Assembly (NCBI GenBank): GCA_041671645.1 | Contig: JBAZBD010000001.1 | Location: forward strand, 543,234 to 607,233 | From: Patescibacteria group bacterium | Lineage (GTDB): Bacteria; Patescibacteriota; UBA1384; XYA2-FULL-43-10; 1-14-0-10-43-13 | Length of the DNA: 64,000 nucleotides | Reading direction: 5' to 3' | Shown: one piece after another, positions 1 through 10,063 of the stretch | Layout of the letters: each line of letters opens with the position of its first letter | How positions within the stretch are numbered: the first letter of the stretch is position 1 | The notes under the pieces: generated by a model | What the model saw: the letters and a program-made list of their open reading frames with translations, nothing else | Told to the model about the DNA's origin: nothing | The model's database searches: none | Translations under genes and position numbers: made by a program

Positions 1-40
1 GCTGGATGCTTAATTGTTTCTTCGCTCATATTTCTCCTTT

Positions 41-493
41 TTAATTTTTATCTCTTTGTAATTTTTCTGCTTCCTTTTGGAACTTCGATGCTGATCCAAA
101 ACTCTTGTAAACTGATAGAAATCTCAAATATCCCACCTCATCGGCACCCTTCAGCTTATCAATACAGAATTTACCGATTTGTTTGCTGGCGATGTACTTG
201 GACTTCAATTTGGCAATTTCATGCTCTATGGCGTCAACAATGCCCTCAATTTGATTGGCCGAGACCGGACGTTTCTCTAACGCCAGATTGATACCACGAG
301 CTAGTTTACTTCTCGAATATTCTTCGATCACGCCGTTGCGTTTGACTACCTTAATCTTAGGAGATTCAATTCTCTCGTAGGTAGTAAATCTGAAGTGACA
401 GCGCAAACACTCTCGCCTTCTTCGAATAGTCCGGTCATCGTCTCTCGAATCAAGGACTTTGGTGTCAGATTTTTTACACTCTGGGCAGATCAT
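41..493 (-). CDS. nrdR: Transcriptional repressor NrdR (zinc ribbon + ATP-cone)
   Basis: N-terminal CPxC...CxxC zinc ribbon 'MICPECKK...CLRCHFRFTTYERIE' followed by an ATP-cone-like region. Length 150 aa. Confidence 0.85.
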   Translation of the reverse strand: MICPECKKSDTKVLDSRDDDRTIRRRRECLRCHFRFTTYERIESPKIKVVKRNGVIEEYSRSKLARGINLALEKRPVSANQIEGIVDAIEHEIAKLKSKYIASKQIGKFCIDKLKGADEVGYLRFLSVYKSFGSASKFQKEAEKLQRDKN

Positions 494-578
494 ATGCTAG
501 CATTCCGTCATTTATCTATATTCAGTGCCAAATTCACTCTAACTACATATTAAACTACTAGATATGGATGGTCAATAA

Positions 579-606
579 AAAGTAGGCCCCTTGGCCTATT
601 TTTCGT
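579..606. terminator. Bidirectional hairpin terminator between ftsZ and nrdR
   Basis: AAAAGTAGGCC-CCTT-GGCCTATTTTT: a 6-bp GC stem flanked by A-run and T-run, immediately 3' of the ftsZ stop. Confidence 0.5.
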
Positions 607-609
607 GTT

Positions 610-1761
610 CTATTTCAGTTTTCTTCGTATAAATGCTGGTACTTCTAGTTCGCCTTCGTCATCTTCCTCGTCCTTCTCAAGCGGCCTTGCTGGCTCTGGC
701 TCGGCGTACATGTACTGTCTTTCGTTTCGTCTGAGCATCTGAGAGGCTGGAATTTCTGCCTGAGGTCGCTCGTTTGGTGCGAATATTTTCTTCTGTGTTC
801 TGTTGGTTTCTGATTCAAATCCTGTCGCAATCACAGTAATTTTGACTTCGCCCTGCATCGCTTCATCGATGATTGCTCCGAAGATAATATTTGCATCAGG
901 GTCGGCAGCCTCAGTGATCGCTTTGGCGGCTTCATCAATTTCATACATTCCAAGATCTGGACCACCAGTAATGTTGAACAGGATTCCTTTGGCGCCATCG
1001 ATGGAAAGCTCGAGCAACGGAGAGTCAATAGCGGCGCGAGCGGCTTCGATTGCCCTATTGTCACCAGTGCCGTGACCGATGCCCATGAGGGCGCTACCGG
1101 CGTCTGCCATAATGGCTTTAACATCAGCAAAGTCTACATTGATCAAACCATGATAGATAATCAAGTCTGCAATACCTTGGACACCCTGACGAAGTACATC
1201 GTCTACGATGCCAAAAGCGTCGAAAAGAGATGTCTTTTTATCGATAACCTGCAATAATCTGTCGTTTGGAATAGTGATAAGAGTATCAACTTTTTCTTTC
1301 ATCTCGGCGATGCCAAGCTCTGCAATCTTCTTGCGTCTTTGGCCTTCGAAAGTGAAAGGCTTGGTAACAACACCAACTGTTAGAGCGCCTAATTCTTTGG
1401 CAATGTCTGCAACAAAAGGCGCTGCGCCAGTACCAGTACCACCGCCCATACCACAAGTGACGAAGACCATGTCAGCGCCCTTGAGCGCTTCGTAGACTTC
1501 TTCTTTGTTTTCCTCAATCGACTTTCGGCCGACTTCTGGATCTGCACCAGCACCCAAACCGCGAGTGGTCTCTTTGCCGATCTGTATTTTGATCGGTGCT
1601 TCGTTGAAAGCGAGAGCCTGCGAGTCTGTGTTAATGGCGATAAACTCAATACCACGCAACTTCGAATTAATCATCCGAGTGATCGCGCTCCCTCCAGAGC
1701 CGCCCACACCAACAACTTTAATGTTGGCGAAATTTGCTAGATCTGAGTTTTTCTCAATCAT
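610..1761 (-). CDS. ftsZ: Cell division GTPase FtsZ
   Basis: Tubulin signature GGGTGTG ('[16 protein letters not shown]'), GTPase domain, acidic C-terminal tail. Confidence 0.95.
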   Translation of the reverse strand: MIEKNSDLANFANIKVVGVGGSGGSAITRMINSKLRGIEFIAINTDSQALAFNEAPIKIQIGKETTRGLGAGADPEVGRKSIEENKEEVYEALKGADMVFVTCGMGGGTGTGAAPFVADIAKELGALTVGVVTKPFTFEGQRRKKIAELGIAEMKEKVDTLITIPNDRLLQVIDKKTSLFDAFGIVDDVLRQGVQGIADLIIYHGLINVDFADVKAIMADAGSALMGIGHGTGDNRAIEAARAAIDSPLLELSIDGAKGILFNITGGPDLGMYEIDEAAKAITEAADPDANIIFGAIIDEAMQGEVKITVIATGFESETNRTQKKIFAPNERPQAEIPASQMLRRNERQYMYAEPEPARPLEKDEEDDEGELEVPAFIRRKLK

Positions 1762-1877
1762 GCTGATCCTTATGGTATGAAAAGTTAATACAACCGTAAT
1801 ACTTTTTATGAAGTATATTCGTAATAAAATAATACTTCAAGAGAAATATAATGGCGAGAGTACTTTGGGTGGGGGCC

Positions 1878-3131
1878 TTACGGCATGAGATTCTTGAAAA
1901 TCGACTTTACCTTATCAATTACGTTATTAACTCCTGGTATATCGAGATTGAAATTCATACGATTTGGCTCGTGGCTTCTGTCTTTTCCCCAAAGCATCAG
2001 ACCTATGCTTGTAGAATATACTGGATCTCCGAGCTTGTCAATAAGTCCTGTGATCTCAATAATTGGCGAGCCAACTTTGGCCGGTAGACGCATTTTTTCT
2101 TTGGTCATTTCGACAATTCCCTGAATCTTGGACCCACCGCCGGTAAGCACTACCCCAGCGGGAAGGGCGTCTGTACAGTCGGCTTTGCGAAGATTTTCCT
2201 GTATTAGACTGAATATTTCAGAAAGCCTCGCTTCTATAATTTCAGAGACATATTTGGTCTTAACTTCACCATCTTCATGCTTGTCCAGCTTTGCGAGATC
2301 AATAGTGTCCTTCTCATCTACCTTGTCTGGTAAGGCGTATCCGTATTTCAATTTGATCAGATCTGCGAGGTCTAGGTTGGTACGAAGACCGATAGCGATG
2401 TCATTTGTGATATGAGTAGAACCAATAGGGATTACACCGCAAGTCGCGATCTCGCCGTCTTCATAGGCGGCATAGGAAGTGCTGGCGGCTCCGATATCAA
2501 CAAGGAGAGCGCCCATTTCAATTTGGCGCTTGGAAAGGAGTAGCTTGGCGGTTGCAAGAGGAGAAAAAACTAATTCTTCGACCCCGATATTTGCTTGGTC
2601 AACGGCTTTGATAAGTGATTTTACAGCGTTTGATGAAGCGGTCACAATATTAGAGACAACCTCAAGTCTGATTCCGGTCATGCCGATTGGATCTTTGATT
2701 ACTTCATTGCTATCAACGACAAAATTTTCGGGAATTACGTGAAGAACCTCGCGGTTAGACTTGGTTGGGATGGCGCGAGCAGCATCGATAGCCCGTCTGA
2801 CGTCGTCTTCACCGATCTGTCCGTTTTGGCTAGAGATGGCGATAATGCCTTTGCTCTCCTCGCTCTCGATAAACGGGCCAGAGATGCCAACAACAGCACC
2901 CTGTATTTGGCAACCGGACATTCTCTCGGCTTCGAGTACGGAACTGGTAATAGCAGAGACTGTTTCCTCAATATCGACAATAACACCCTTGCGGATGCCC
3001 TGGTTGGCGCTTTCGCCCAACCCGATAATATCAATATTACCTTCCTCGAATTTACCGACGCAGGTGATGACCTTAGTACTGCCAATATCTATGCCAACTG
3101 AGATGTTGCTTTCTCGCACGAAACCCTCCAA
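1878..3131 (-). CDS. ftsA: Cell division protein FtsA (actin-like ATPase)
   Basis: Actin/Hsp70 fold motifs ('VGIDIGSTKV', 'VLTGGGS'). Sits immediately upstream of ftsZ, the canonical ftsA-ftsZ order. Confidence 0.9.
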   Translation of the reverse strand: MEGFVRESNISVGIDIGSTKVITCVGKFEEGNIDIIGLGESANQGIRKGVIVDIEETVSAITSSVLEAERMSGCQIQGAVVGISGPFIESEESKGIIAISSQNGQIGEDDVRRAIDAARAIPTKSNREVLHVIPENFVVDSNEVIKDPIGMTGIRLEVVSNIVTASSNAVKSLIKAVDQANIGVEELVFSPLATAKLLLSKRQIEMGALLVDIGAASTSYAAYEDGEIATCGVIPIGSTHITNDIAIGLRTNLDLADLIKLKYGYALPDKVDEKDTIDLAKLDKHEDGEVKTKYVSEIIEARLSEIFSLIQENLRKADCTDALPAGVVLTGGGSKIQGIVEMTKEKMRLPAKVGSPIIEITGLIDKLGDPVYSTSIGLMLWGKDRSHEPNRMNFNLDIPGVNNVIDKVKSIFKNLMP

Positions 3132-3182
3132 ATAATAACTAGCTTATTCACATTTTATTATAAAAGCCGCTACCTTGCAAGC

Positions 3183-3635
3183 CTAAAGGAGTCTTTTCAC
3201 GTAAGGCAGAAAGATCAGAATACCGACCACGATGGCAATTATTGCGCTGATTAGGACTGCACCTGCCATTGCATCTTTGGCCGCCTTGATCAATTTGTGA
3301 TTTCCGGGGTGGCAGACGTCAAACACCTTCTCGATGGCGGTATTTATGATCTCAATTGCGAAAACCAAGATCACGGCCATAAACAGGATAGCCAGCTCAA
3401 CTCGAGAGACTTCGAGGATGTAGGCCAGAACGCCAACAACTATGGTAATTACGGCGTGAACTCTAGCGTTTTGTTCTGATTTGAGAAGGAAGGAAACGCC
3501 CCTAATGGCATGGTCGAAACTGTCAAACAATCTTCGCACGCTGAAGGGTTTGTATTTGATCGGCTGTGAAGCTGTCTCTTCGCGATTTGCAGACTGATCT
3601 TTTTGGCAACATTTTTTATCTTCAACAGTTTCCAT
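3183..3635 (-). CDS. dgkA: Diacylglycerol/undecaprenol kinase DgkA family
   Basis: 'SVRRLFDSFDHAIRGVSFLLKSEQNARVHAV' DgkA core with 3 TM helices. The ORF track extends to 3701, but the internal ATG at 3635 is preceded by AGGAGG and avoids overlap with ybeY. Confidence 0.75.
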   Translation of the reverse strand: METVEDKKCCQKDQSANREETASQPIKYKPFSVRRLFDSFDHAIRGVSFLLKSEQNARVHAVITIVVGVLAYILEVSRVELAILFMAVILVFAIEIINTAIEKVFDVCHPGNHKLIKAAKDAMAGAVLISAIIAIVVGILIFLPYVKRLL

Positions 3636-3642
3636 AATCCTC

Positions 3643-4044
3643 CTATAAATTACAATCAATAATCTTGGCTTTTTGGTCCCAGAGCTGGGCGTCTTCCTCA
3701 TGATCGTATCCGAGCAGATGAATCAGGCCATGTTTGACGACGTCAGGGATTGATTCCTCTTTTTCCTCGACGATCTTGGCGCAAATTACAATCGAGCCCA
3801 GGAAATTCAGCTTCGGTTTAACGGGATTGAATTGCGGGAATGACAAAACATCAGTTGGTTTGTCGATATTTCGATATTTCTGGTTTAAATCGTGAATATG
3901 GGCCGTGTCTACAAAGTTTATTTCGACGAAGTAATTATTTACTCCAAATTTTTCGAGACAGGAAGAGACTAGCTCCTTGATCTCAAGATCAGTTGGCTCA
4001 GTAGTTTCAGAATTGAAATGATATATGTCTATAATATTTGTCAT
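3643..4044 (-). CDS. ybeY: rRNA maturation endoribonuclease YbeY
   Basis: Zinc-binding 'HLLGYDHEEDAQ' H-x3-H-x5-H motif. Length 133 aa. Confidence 0.85.
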   Translation of the reverse strand: MTNIIDIYHFNSETTEPTDLEIKELVSSCLEKFGVNNYFVEINFVDTAHIHDLNQKYRNIDKPTDVLSFPQFNPVKPKLNFLGSIVICAKIVEEKEESIPDVVKHGLIHLLGYDHEEDAQLWDQKAKIIDCNL

Positions 4045-4046
4045 AT

Positions 4047-4958
4047 TTAGCTTCGCAAGATTCGTTGATGATAGATTGAGTCAAGCGTCTCTAGGAGAGA
4101 GTCCTTCACAGTTTTAATATCATGCTCACTCATCCCAGAATTTTTGAGCTGCTTTTCCCTGATTTTGTCCGAAAAGGTATTCTCTACGATCTCACGAAAT
4201 AGTTCCTGGGTTAGAAATGGGACTGATCTGGTAGCTGCCTCGACGGAATCGGCAAGCATCAATATCGCTGATTCACGAGTGGTCGGGGTAGGACCTTCGT
4301 ATTTTAGGTCAGTTCTCTTCACCTTCAGTTTGCGCTCTTTGGCCATCTCGTAAAAAAATAGTACCGAAGTTGTGCCATGGTGTTCTTTGATCATCTCTAT
4401 AATCTCGATAGGGAGATGATTTTCGCTGGCGATTTGTACTCCGTTTTTGACGTGCGAGATGATTTTTTGCGCCTGAGAAGCGATATTCTCAGAATCATAA
4501 GTCTTGGGGATTTCTTCGCCTGATTGATTTTCAATATAGAGTGTCGGAGCATCAAGTTTGCCAAGGTCGTGATAATACGACGCAACTCGAGTCAATAGGG
4601 CGTCTGCGCCTATTGCTTTGGCTGCCTTCTGGGCTAGTATCGAGACGTTGATCACATGGTGGAAGGTACCTGGTGCTTCATATGACATCCGAAGCATCAA
4701 GGGGTGTGACAGGCTCTCGAACCTAATAAGGCGATGGTTCTTCTTGATGCTCTCGGCCAGGATCGGGTCAATCATAGTTAGGATGATTAGATTGAGAGCA
4801 ACCGAGACCAACGCTCCAAGGGTAATTGCAAGGACAAGAAACATTCCGCTAACCGCAAAAATATTTGAGATTAACAAAATTAACCCCATAATTATTGCGG
4901 TGGCAATTGTGAGAATAATTGGGAAAACTACCAAAATTTTTGGTGATCCCTGTTTCAT
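4047..4958 (-). CDS. HDIG-domain membrane phosphohydrolase (YqfF/PgpH-like, short)
   Basis: N-terminal TM helices plus a 'HDLGK' HD motif. Positioned in the conserved yqfF-ybeY-dgkA order. Confidence 0.7.
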   Translation of the reverse strand: MKQGSPKILVVFPIILTIATAIIMGLILLISNIFAVSGMFLVLAITLGALVSVALNLIILTMIDPILAESIKKNHRLIRFESLSHPLMLRMSYEAPGTFHHVINVSILAQKAAKAIGADALLTRVASYYHDLGKLDAPTLYIENQSGEEIPKTYDSENIASQAQKIISHVKNGVQIASENHLPIEIIEMIKEHHGTTSVLFFYEMAKERKLKVKRTDLKYEGPTPTTRESAILMLADSVEAATRSVPFLTQELFREIVENTFSDKIREKQLKNSGMSEHDIKTVKDSLLETLDSIYHQRILRS

Positions 4959-4959
4959 T

Positions 4960-5406
4960 TTATTTATTTAGAAGTTCTCGGACAATTTTTGAGACGAGGC
5001 CACCATCGGCCTGGCCGTTTGTCTTCCCTATGACTGCGCCCATGGCGCGTCCCATATCTTTCATCTCTGTAATGCCGAGATCTTGCAATGTCTCCACGGC
5101 AATTCCGCGGATAACATCTTCTGACATCTCTGCTGGGAGGTAAGCTTCGATAATTTTGGACTCTGAAAGCTCTTTTTCTGCACTATCAGGTCGACCAGCG
5201 TCGCTATACTCCTTGGCTGAATCTTGTCTCTGTTTGACTTCTTTCCGAAGCACTTTGAACGCTTCTTCTTCGGTAAGATTATCTTTTTTCTCGATAGATT
5301 TATTTTTGAGTGAACTTTTGAGCAATCTCAAAACAGACGTTTTTAACTCGTCGTGTGCCTTGTAGGCTGTGAGAAAATCAGCGTCGATCTGTTCGATCAA
5401 ACTCAT
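4960..5406 (-). CDS. GatB/YqeY domain protein
   Basis: YqeY-like sequence 'DADFLTAYKAHDELKTSVLRLLKSSLKN'. Start moved to the internal ATG at 5406 (stop-start coupling 'TAAtATG' with rpsU) instead of overlapping rpsU by 47 nt. Confidence 0.7.
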   Translation of the reverse strand: MSLIEQIDADFLTAYKAHDELKTSVLRLLKSSLKNKSIEKKDNLTEEEAFKVLRKEVKQRQDSAKEYSDAGRPDSAEKELSESKIIEAYLPAEMSEDVIRGIAVETLQDLGITEMKDMGRAMGAVIGKTNGQADGGLVSKIVRELLNK

Positions 5407-5407
5407 A

Positions 5408-5602
5408 TTACCAACCGCGTTTAAGCTTATTAATTTCACTTCTTCGGACAGCAAGTTTGCGCTTCATGCCACGATTTAGATCTTTTTCAAAAAAGCGTCG
5501 GCCTTTGGCCACAGTTAAAACACCGCTTTGTTGAACTTCGCGGTTGAATCTGCGGACTAAAATATCAATACGTTCCTCTCCTTTGCGTTTGACCTCGATC
5601 AA
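5408..5602 (-). CDS. rpsU: 30S ribosomal protein S21
   Basis: 64 aa basic protein 'VRRFNREVQQSGVLTVAKGRRFFEKDLNRGMKRK'. TTG start with SD GGAAGGTGGTGA 6 nt upstream. Confidence 0.85.
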   Translation of the reverse strand: MIEVKRKGEERIDILVRRFNREVQQSGVLTVAKGRRFFEKDLNRGMKRKLAVRRSEINKLKRGW

Positions 5603-5662
5603 GAGTAATCACCACCTTCCGAATGTGTTCTGCACAACAGCAGAACGATTTATGATGCTCAT

Positions 5663-5691
5663 ATTATATCGGAAAAATCCAAAAATCGCAA
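5663..5691 (-). promoter_or_regulatory. Sigma70-type promoter for rpsU
   Basis: On the minus strand: TTGCGA, a 17-nt spacer, then TATAAT. Followed by a 7-bp hairpin (GTTCTGC/GCAGAAC, about 5625-5647) in the 5' UTR. Confidence 0.5.
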
Positions 5692-5703
5692 GGTGCGAAG
5701 AGC

Positions 5704-6045
5704 TTAACAAATGTCTCCAAGTTTGCCGCCTCCCAGGAGATGGAAATGGAGATGCGGGACGGCTTGACTGGCATCAGGTCCAGTGTTAGAAACTACGCGA
5801 AAGCCAGACTTGTCGATGCCCAGATCTTGGGCAATTTTGCCCGCCGCAATCATAATGTCAGCGACGATATCCGCATTTTCTCCGTTCAATGAGCCAATTG
5901 AATCAATATGAATTTTGGGAATTATCACTATGTGAGATGGGGCCTTCGGGGCAATGTCCCGAAAGGCAATTATTTTGTCGTCTTCAAATACTATATCTGC
6001 CTTAATTTCATGCTGAGCAATCTTACAAAAAATACAATCGGCCAT
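5704..6045 (-). CDS. HIT family (histidine triad) nucleotide hydrolase
   Basis: 'HLHFHLLGG' histidine triad. Start moved to 'MADCIFCKI' (ATG 6045, SD AAGGGAG) to avoid overlap with the upstream gene. Confidence 0.85.
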   Translation of the reverse strand: MADCIFCKIAQHEIKADIVFEDDKIIAFRDIAPKAPSHIVIIPKIHIDSIGSLNGENADIVADIMIAAGKIAQDLGIDKSGFRVVSNTGPDASQAVPHLHFHLLGGGKLGDIC

Positions 6046-6056
6046 AAGTACTCCCT

Positions 6057-6572
6057 TTAAGTTAATGAGATAAGCCATTTACGAAAGCTGAAAGCTTTGC
6101 GTCTAATTATTCGACGTCTGACAAGATTGGCCTCGCCTATGATTTTGGGCCACTCTTGTTTGAGCCAGAGTTTTTGCGCCTTTAGCTGATCTCCCAATCC
6201 CCTATTCTTGAGCTCCGTGTCGACTATTCCGCCATGGTGTGGATACCTCGAAAACTTGGGCAAGGGCGAAGCGAAGCCATGAGCATAATGGCACAATTCA
6301 TGGGCAATCGTGCTTGCGACGATGTATTCTGGTACATTTTTGTCTCGAAAATAGCCAGTAATAGTAATTATGGTGCGTGAATTTTTGTCTCTTGGGGCGA
6401 CTTGTCGGATACTACCCAATCTTCTCTTGGCGGTGCGCCCGAAGCTGATGGTCACGTCATTGGGGCGCTCCACATCAGCAAAATATTGTTGCCAAGTTTC
6501 GTTCAGTAATTTTAGAAGCCAGACGTGTGATCTCATATCCCATATTATCGTTAAAATTGTCGGAATAATCAA
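6057..6572 (-). CDS. SprT-like/DUF45 zinc metallopeptidase domain protein
   Basis: HExxH motif 'AHELCHYAH' within a roughly 170 aa protein. Confidence 0.5.
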   Translation of the reverse strand: MIIPTILTIIWDMRSHVWLLKLLNETWQQYFADVERPNDVTISFGRTAKRRLGSIRQVAPRDKNSRTIITITGYFRDKNVPEYIVASTIAHELCHYAHGFASPLPKFSRYPHHGGIVDTELKNRGLGDQLKAQKLWLKQEWPKIIGEANLVRRRIIRRKAFSFRKWLISLT

Positions 6573-6642
6573 ATCGTGCTTGACATCAAGGTACTGTATG
6601 GGTTAGTATACACAACTGTTGGATATATTAGGCTTACTGCTA

Positions 6643-6671
6643 TTGACATTGAGCATGAAATGTGCTAATAT
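6643..6671 (+). promoter_or_regulatory. Sigma70-type promoter
   Basis: TTGACA, a 17-nt spacer, then TAATAT. Lies about 80 nt upstream of the transglycosylase gene. Confidence 0.5.
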
Positions 6672-6749
6672 ATACACATGACTTGGAGGTAAAGCCCCAA
6701 GTTTTTTTAATTAAAAAAGGTTTCTGGTGCAAGGCTCTTTCTTCTGAAT

Positions 6750-7499
6750 ATGGCGGCCGAAACTCCAGAATATATAATGACTCTTCTTCTGAAGAGGGTG
6801 CGCGACTTTGTGTGGAGGGCAAAAAATGGTTTCATCTCAATTTGGAACAACAAGAAAATCATACCACTATTTCCAATGGTGGCTATTACTTTTAGTATGT
6901 TCCCTGTCGTCCCTACAAATTCGATTGCTTCGGTTGACCCGATTAGTTCCACGATCCAGCTTGATCTAAAGTCTGGCTCTGTATTGTCGGTAGTCAAACC
7001 AAGCTCGATTATCACCCCAGGTGAATCGACTGTTCAGCGCCTTGAGCGAGAACAAAATGAAGCTTTGGCTCGTGCCAAGGCCGATGCTGCAGCGAAAGCT
7101 GTTGCTTCTAGAAACACCGTTTCTCGTGAAAGACGTGTCTATACCGATCCAACGGATTTTGACACGATTTATCATCGTGCCGAAGCAAGCATTGGTGTAG
7201 ACTGGAAACTGCTCAAATCGATCCATATTGCCGAGACCGGCGCTTCTGGTTCTTCCGGAATTGCCAATAAGTCTGGCGCGACTGGACCGATGCAGTTCTT
7301 GCCCTCTACTTTTCGTCGACATGCAGTTGACGGTAATGGAGACGGCATCTTGGATATTACCAACGTAGAAGATGCAATCTTCTCTGCGGCTCAATATCTA
7401 AAAGATTGCGGTTACCCAAATGTGAAACAAGCTTTGTGGGGCTATAACCCTTCGACAAGCTACTTCAACAAGGTTACTCGCATATATAACGGACTTTAA
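6750..7499 (+). CDS. Secreted/anchored lytic transglycosylase-like protein (SLT/MltB-type domain)
   Basis: Hydrophobic N-terminal region, then 'GATGPMQFLPSTFRRHAVDGNGDG...DAIFSAAQYL', typical of lytic murein transglycosylases. The true start may be an internal Met (about 6777 or 6876). Confidence 0.6.
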   Translation: MAAETPEYIMTLLLKRVRDFVWRAKNGFISIWNNKKIIPLFPMVAITFSMFPVVPTNSIASVDPISSTIQLDLKSGSVLSVVKPSSIITPGESTVQRLEREQNEALARAKADAAAKAVASRNTVSRERRVYTDPTDFDTIYHRAEASIGVDWKLLKSIHIAETGASGSSGIANKSGATGPMQFLPSTFRRHAVDGNGDGILDITNVEDAIFSAAQYLKDCGYPNVKQALWGYNPSTSYFNKVTRIYNGL

Positions 7500-7504
7500 C
7501 GATT

Positions 7505-7546
7505 ACATTAAAAAAGGACCCAGGCGAAAGCTCGGGTCCTTTTTGT
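7505..7546. terminator. Bidirectional terminator between the transglycosylase gene and eno
   Basis: AAAAAAGGACCCAGGCGAAAGCTCGGGTCCTTTTTGT. Confidence 0.55.
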
Positions 7547-7563
7547 AACCAAAATATTTAATT

Positions 7564-8853
7564 TTAGACTCTTTGCCACGGGGCCAGAGTGCATTTTCCC
7601 TGATTTTTCTCTTCAATTTCCAATATTCTGTTGTACTTAGCTGTTCTCTCCGAGCGACAGGGCGAACCGGATTTGAGGGTACCGCAACCTGAGGCGATGG
7701 CTAAATCTGCGATGAAATTGTCCTCAGTCTCGCCCGAACGGTGTGAGACTACCACGCGAAAGCCAGCGTCCTCAGCAATTCGAATCGTCTCAAGCGTTTC
7801 GGTCAGCGTACCGATCTGGTTGGGTTTGATCAAAATTCCAGTCGAGGCGTGCTCAGCAATCCCTTTCTTCAGAAGCTCAACGTTAGTGGTGTAGATTTCG
7901 TCGCCGATAATCTCAACCTTCTCCCCAACCTGCTGGGTAATATCCTTCCAGCCATCCCAGTCGGCCTGATCAAGTGGATCCTCGATCGAGACAATTGGGT
8001 ATTTGTCGCACCACATGGTATAAAATTCGACTAATTCGTGCGATATTAGCGAGCGATTTTCTCGATGGAGTTCGTAAAAGCCCTCTTTTGAGAAGAAACG
8101 ACTTGCGGCGGGATCGAGCGCAATGAAGACATTCTCCCCTGCTTCATAGCCTGCTTCTCCAATGGCTAGCATCAGAAGCTCCATTGCTTGCTCGTTTGAG
8201 AAGAGAGAAGGCGCATATCCGCCCTCGTCACCAACCAGTGGCTGGTAATTGCGATCCTCTAGAATCTTGCCAAGGGTGTGGAAAATTTCGGTGCCAACAC
8301 GAAGTGACTCACGAAAACTGGGGAATTTGGTTGGGACAATCATAAACTCCTGAAAATCAGTTGATCCCAGGGCGTGTTTGCCACCGTTTAATATGTTCAT
8401 CAGCGGAATCGGAAGCGTGAGAGTATCGAGTTTGCGGTCCATCAAAGAAGCCAAGTACATGTAGAGCGGCATTTTTTGACTCTTGGCCGTAGCTTTGGCG
8501 GCGGCAAGCGATACGGATAATATTGCATTGGCCCCGAGGCGAGATTTGTTCTTAGTGCCATCCAATTCGATCATTCTCTGATCGATTACAGCTAGATTTG
8601 AGGTGTCGGCGCCTATGAGCGAGCTCCGGATCTCGTTGTTTACGTTGCTGACCGCCTTGAGCACGCCTTTGCCGCCAAACCGCGCAATGTCCTCATCGCG
8701 TAGCTCCAAGCACTCCGAGGCGCTCTTGGAGGCGCCTGAGGGTACATAACCCAAGGCATAGGTCCCGTCATCGAGCAAAATTTCGCAAGCAACAGTAGGC
8801 CATCCTCGTGAATCGAGAATTTCACGTGCATGAATATCTGATATTTTTGCCAT
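7564..8853 (-). CDS. eno: Enolase
   Basis: 'SHRSGETEDNFIADLAIA' enolase signature. Full-length 429 aa. Confidence 0.95.
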   Translation of the reverse strand: MAKISDIHAREILDSRGWPTVACEILLDDGTYALGYVPSGASKSASECLELRDEDIARFGGKGVLKAVSNVNNEIRSSLIGADTSNLAVIDQRMIELDGTKNKSRLGANAILSVSLAAAKATAKSQKMPLYMYLASLMDRKLDTLTLPIPLMNILNGGKHALGSTDFQEFMIVPTKFPSFRESLRVGTEIFHTLGKILEDRNYQPLVGDEGGYAPSLFSNEQAMELLMLAIGEAGYEAGENVFIALDPAASRFFSKEGFYELHRENRSLISHELVEFYTMWCDKYPIVSIEDPLDQADWDGWKDITQQVGEKVEIIGDEIYTTNVELLKKGIAEHASTGILIKPNQIGTLTETLETIRIAEDAGFRVVVSHRSGETEDNFIADLAIASGCGTLKSGSPCRSERTAKYNRILEIEEKNQGKCTLAPWQRV

Positions 8854-8903
8854 TTTCCCTCCAGAAATTGAATATTTATAAGGTAAGTAGTGCGCTTGTT
8901 GTC

Positions 8904-10055
8904 TTATTCTACGGTCAAGCTCTGACCCGTCTCACCGTTCAAGACGCTAATCCATGTCTGTCCTCTGTCAAAGACGACTTCAGCGCCACTTGCGTCGTAG
9001 AAAAGCTCTCTCTCAGTCTTGGAATTCTTTTTCCATGTTCCGATTGTTTCCTTGCCGTCGATAAAGATATGTGCGGCCCCGGTGCCGATATTGGTCATGT
9101 CGTAGCCGCTTTCGTTGATCTTGGTAACTGTCGATTTGCGCTTGACTGTCATAACAATGACGTTCTTGGGGCTGAGCTGATTTTTGGTAACTCGGTCAAC
9201 GTGAGCCGTGCCAGCCAGATAGCGCTTGTAAGAATTGGTAACCTTGTCATATTCAAAGACGACTTTGTAGGATGTATTTGAGAAATCGATCGTAATCTTC
9301 TGTTTTTCGGGCAAAGCCAGCCGATCGGCTCCCTCTGGCTCCTCTTTGAATTTGTAGACATTAAAATTGTTGGCTGTTGGGTAGCCAAGCTCGGTTGCTT
9401 TGTCCCAAAGTTTACTGGTCGAAGTGAAGGCAGTGTGCTCACTCGCGACACCACTTCCCTCTCGCCAATATGGTGCAGAGTATGCGAATTGGTCGAGATC
9501 ATAAACTTTGTCGGCCTTGATCTTGTCAAGAGCGTCAATATTGCCACCAACATGGCCCAAGTATGCATTGTAACCAAGGGCCCAATCAACATAGTATGTA
9601 CGTGCAGAGCGAACTGGGCCAACTTTTTCGGCTTGGTAGGTGCCAAAAAGAGCGAGAAAACGAGTAATTCCACCTTCAGCGATTGCTTCATAGATGATGC
9701 TGGCCTTGTCCAGTCCGGCTTGGGGTCTAGCATCAGGATGATTTTCTACAATTATTGCCAATGGGTGCCTCAAGCTTGAGCTCTGATCTGTGGAAATCCC
9801 GTCGAGAATTGCTGGATATCCGACAGCAACGGCTTCTGGAGTCGCGGTTTTCTCTGCTTCCGGCTTGGGCGCTTCAGGCTTGTCACGGAGAGTGAAAAAA
9901 AGGCCGAGGCCGACTGCAACGAGAATTATAATTATGGCTCCAATAATGATTGAAAGCTTCTTGTGTGTCTTGATATAAATTATAAATTTTGACCAGAAGT
10001 CAGTGATTTTTCTCCAAAAAAACTTCTTTTCGTAATTTTTGATTAGCTCGTCCAT
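8904..10055 (-). CDS. DUF3048 (YerB-like) membrane-anchored protein
   Basis: N-terminal TM segment, then 'PVRSARTYYVDWALGYNAYLGHVGGN', typical of DUF3048. Start placed at 'MDELIKNY' (ATG 10055, SD GAGGGA) to avoid overlap with trxB. Confidence 0.55.
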   Translation of the reverse strand: MDELIKNYEKKFFWRKITDFWSKFIIYIKTHKKLSIIIGAIIIILVAVGLGLFFTLRDKPEAPKPEAEKTATPEAVAVGYPAILDGISTDQSSSLRHPLAIIVENHPDARPQAGLDKASIIYEAIAEGGITRFLALFGTYQAEKVGPVRSARTYYVDWALGYNAYLGHVGGNIDALDKIKADKVYDLDQFAYSAPYWREGSGVASEHTAFTSTSKLWDKATELGYPTANNFNVYKFKEEPEGADRLALPEKQKITIDFSNTSYKVVFEYDKVTNSYKRYLAGTAHVDRVTKNQLSPKNVIVMTVKRKSTVTKINESGYDMTNIGTGAAHIFIDGKETIGTWKKNSKTERELFYDASGAEVVFDRGQTWISVLNGETGQSLTVE

Positions 10056-10063
10056 TTTTCCCT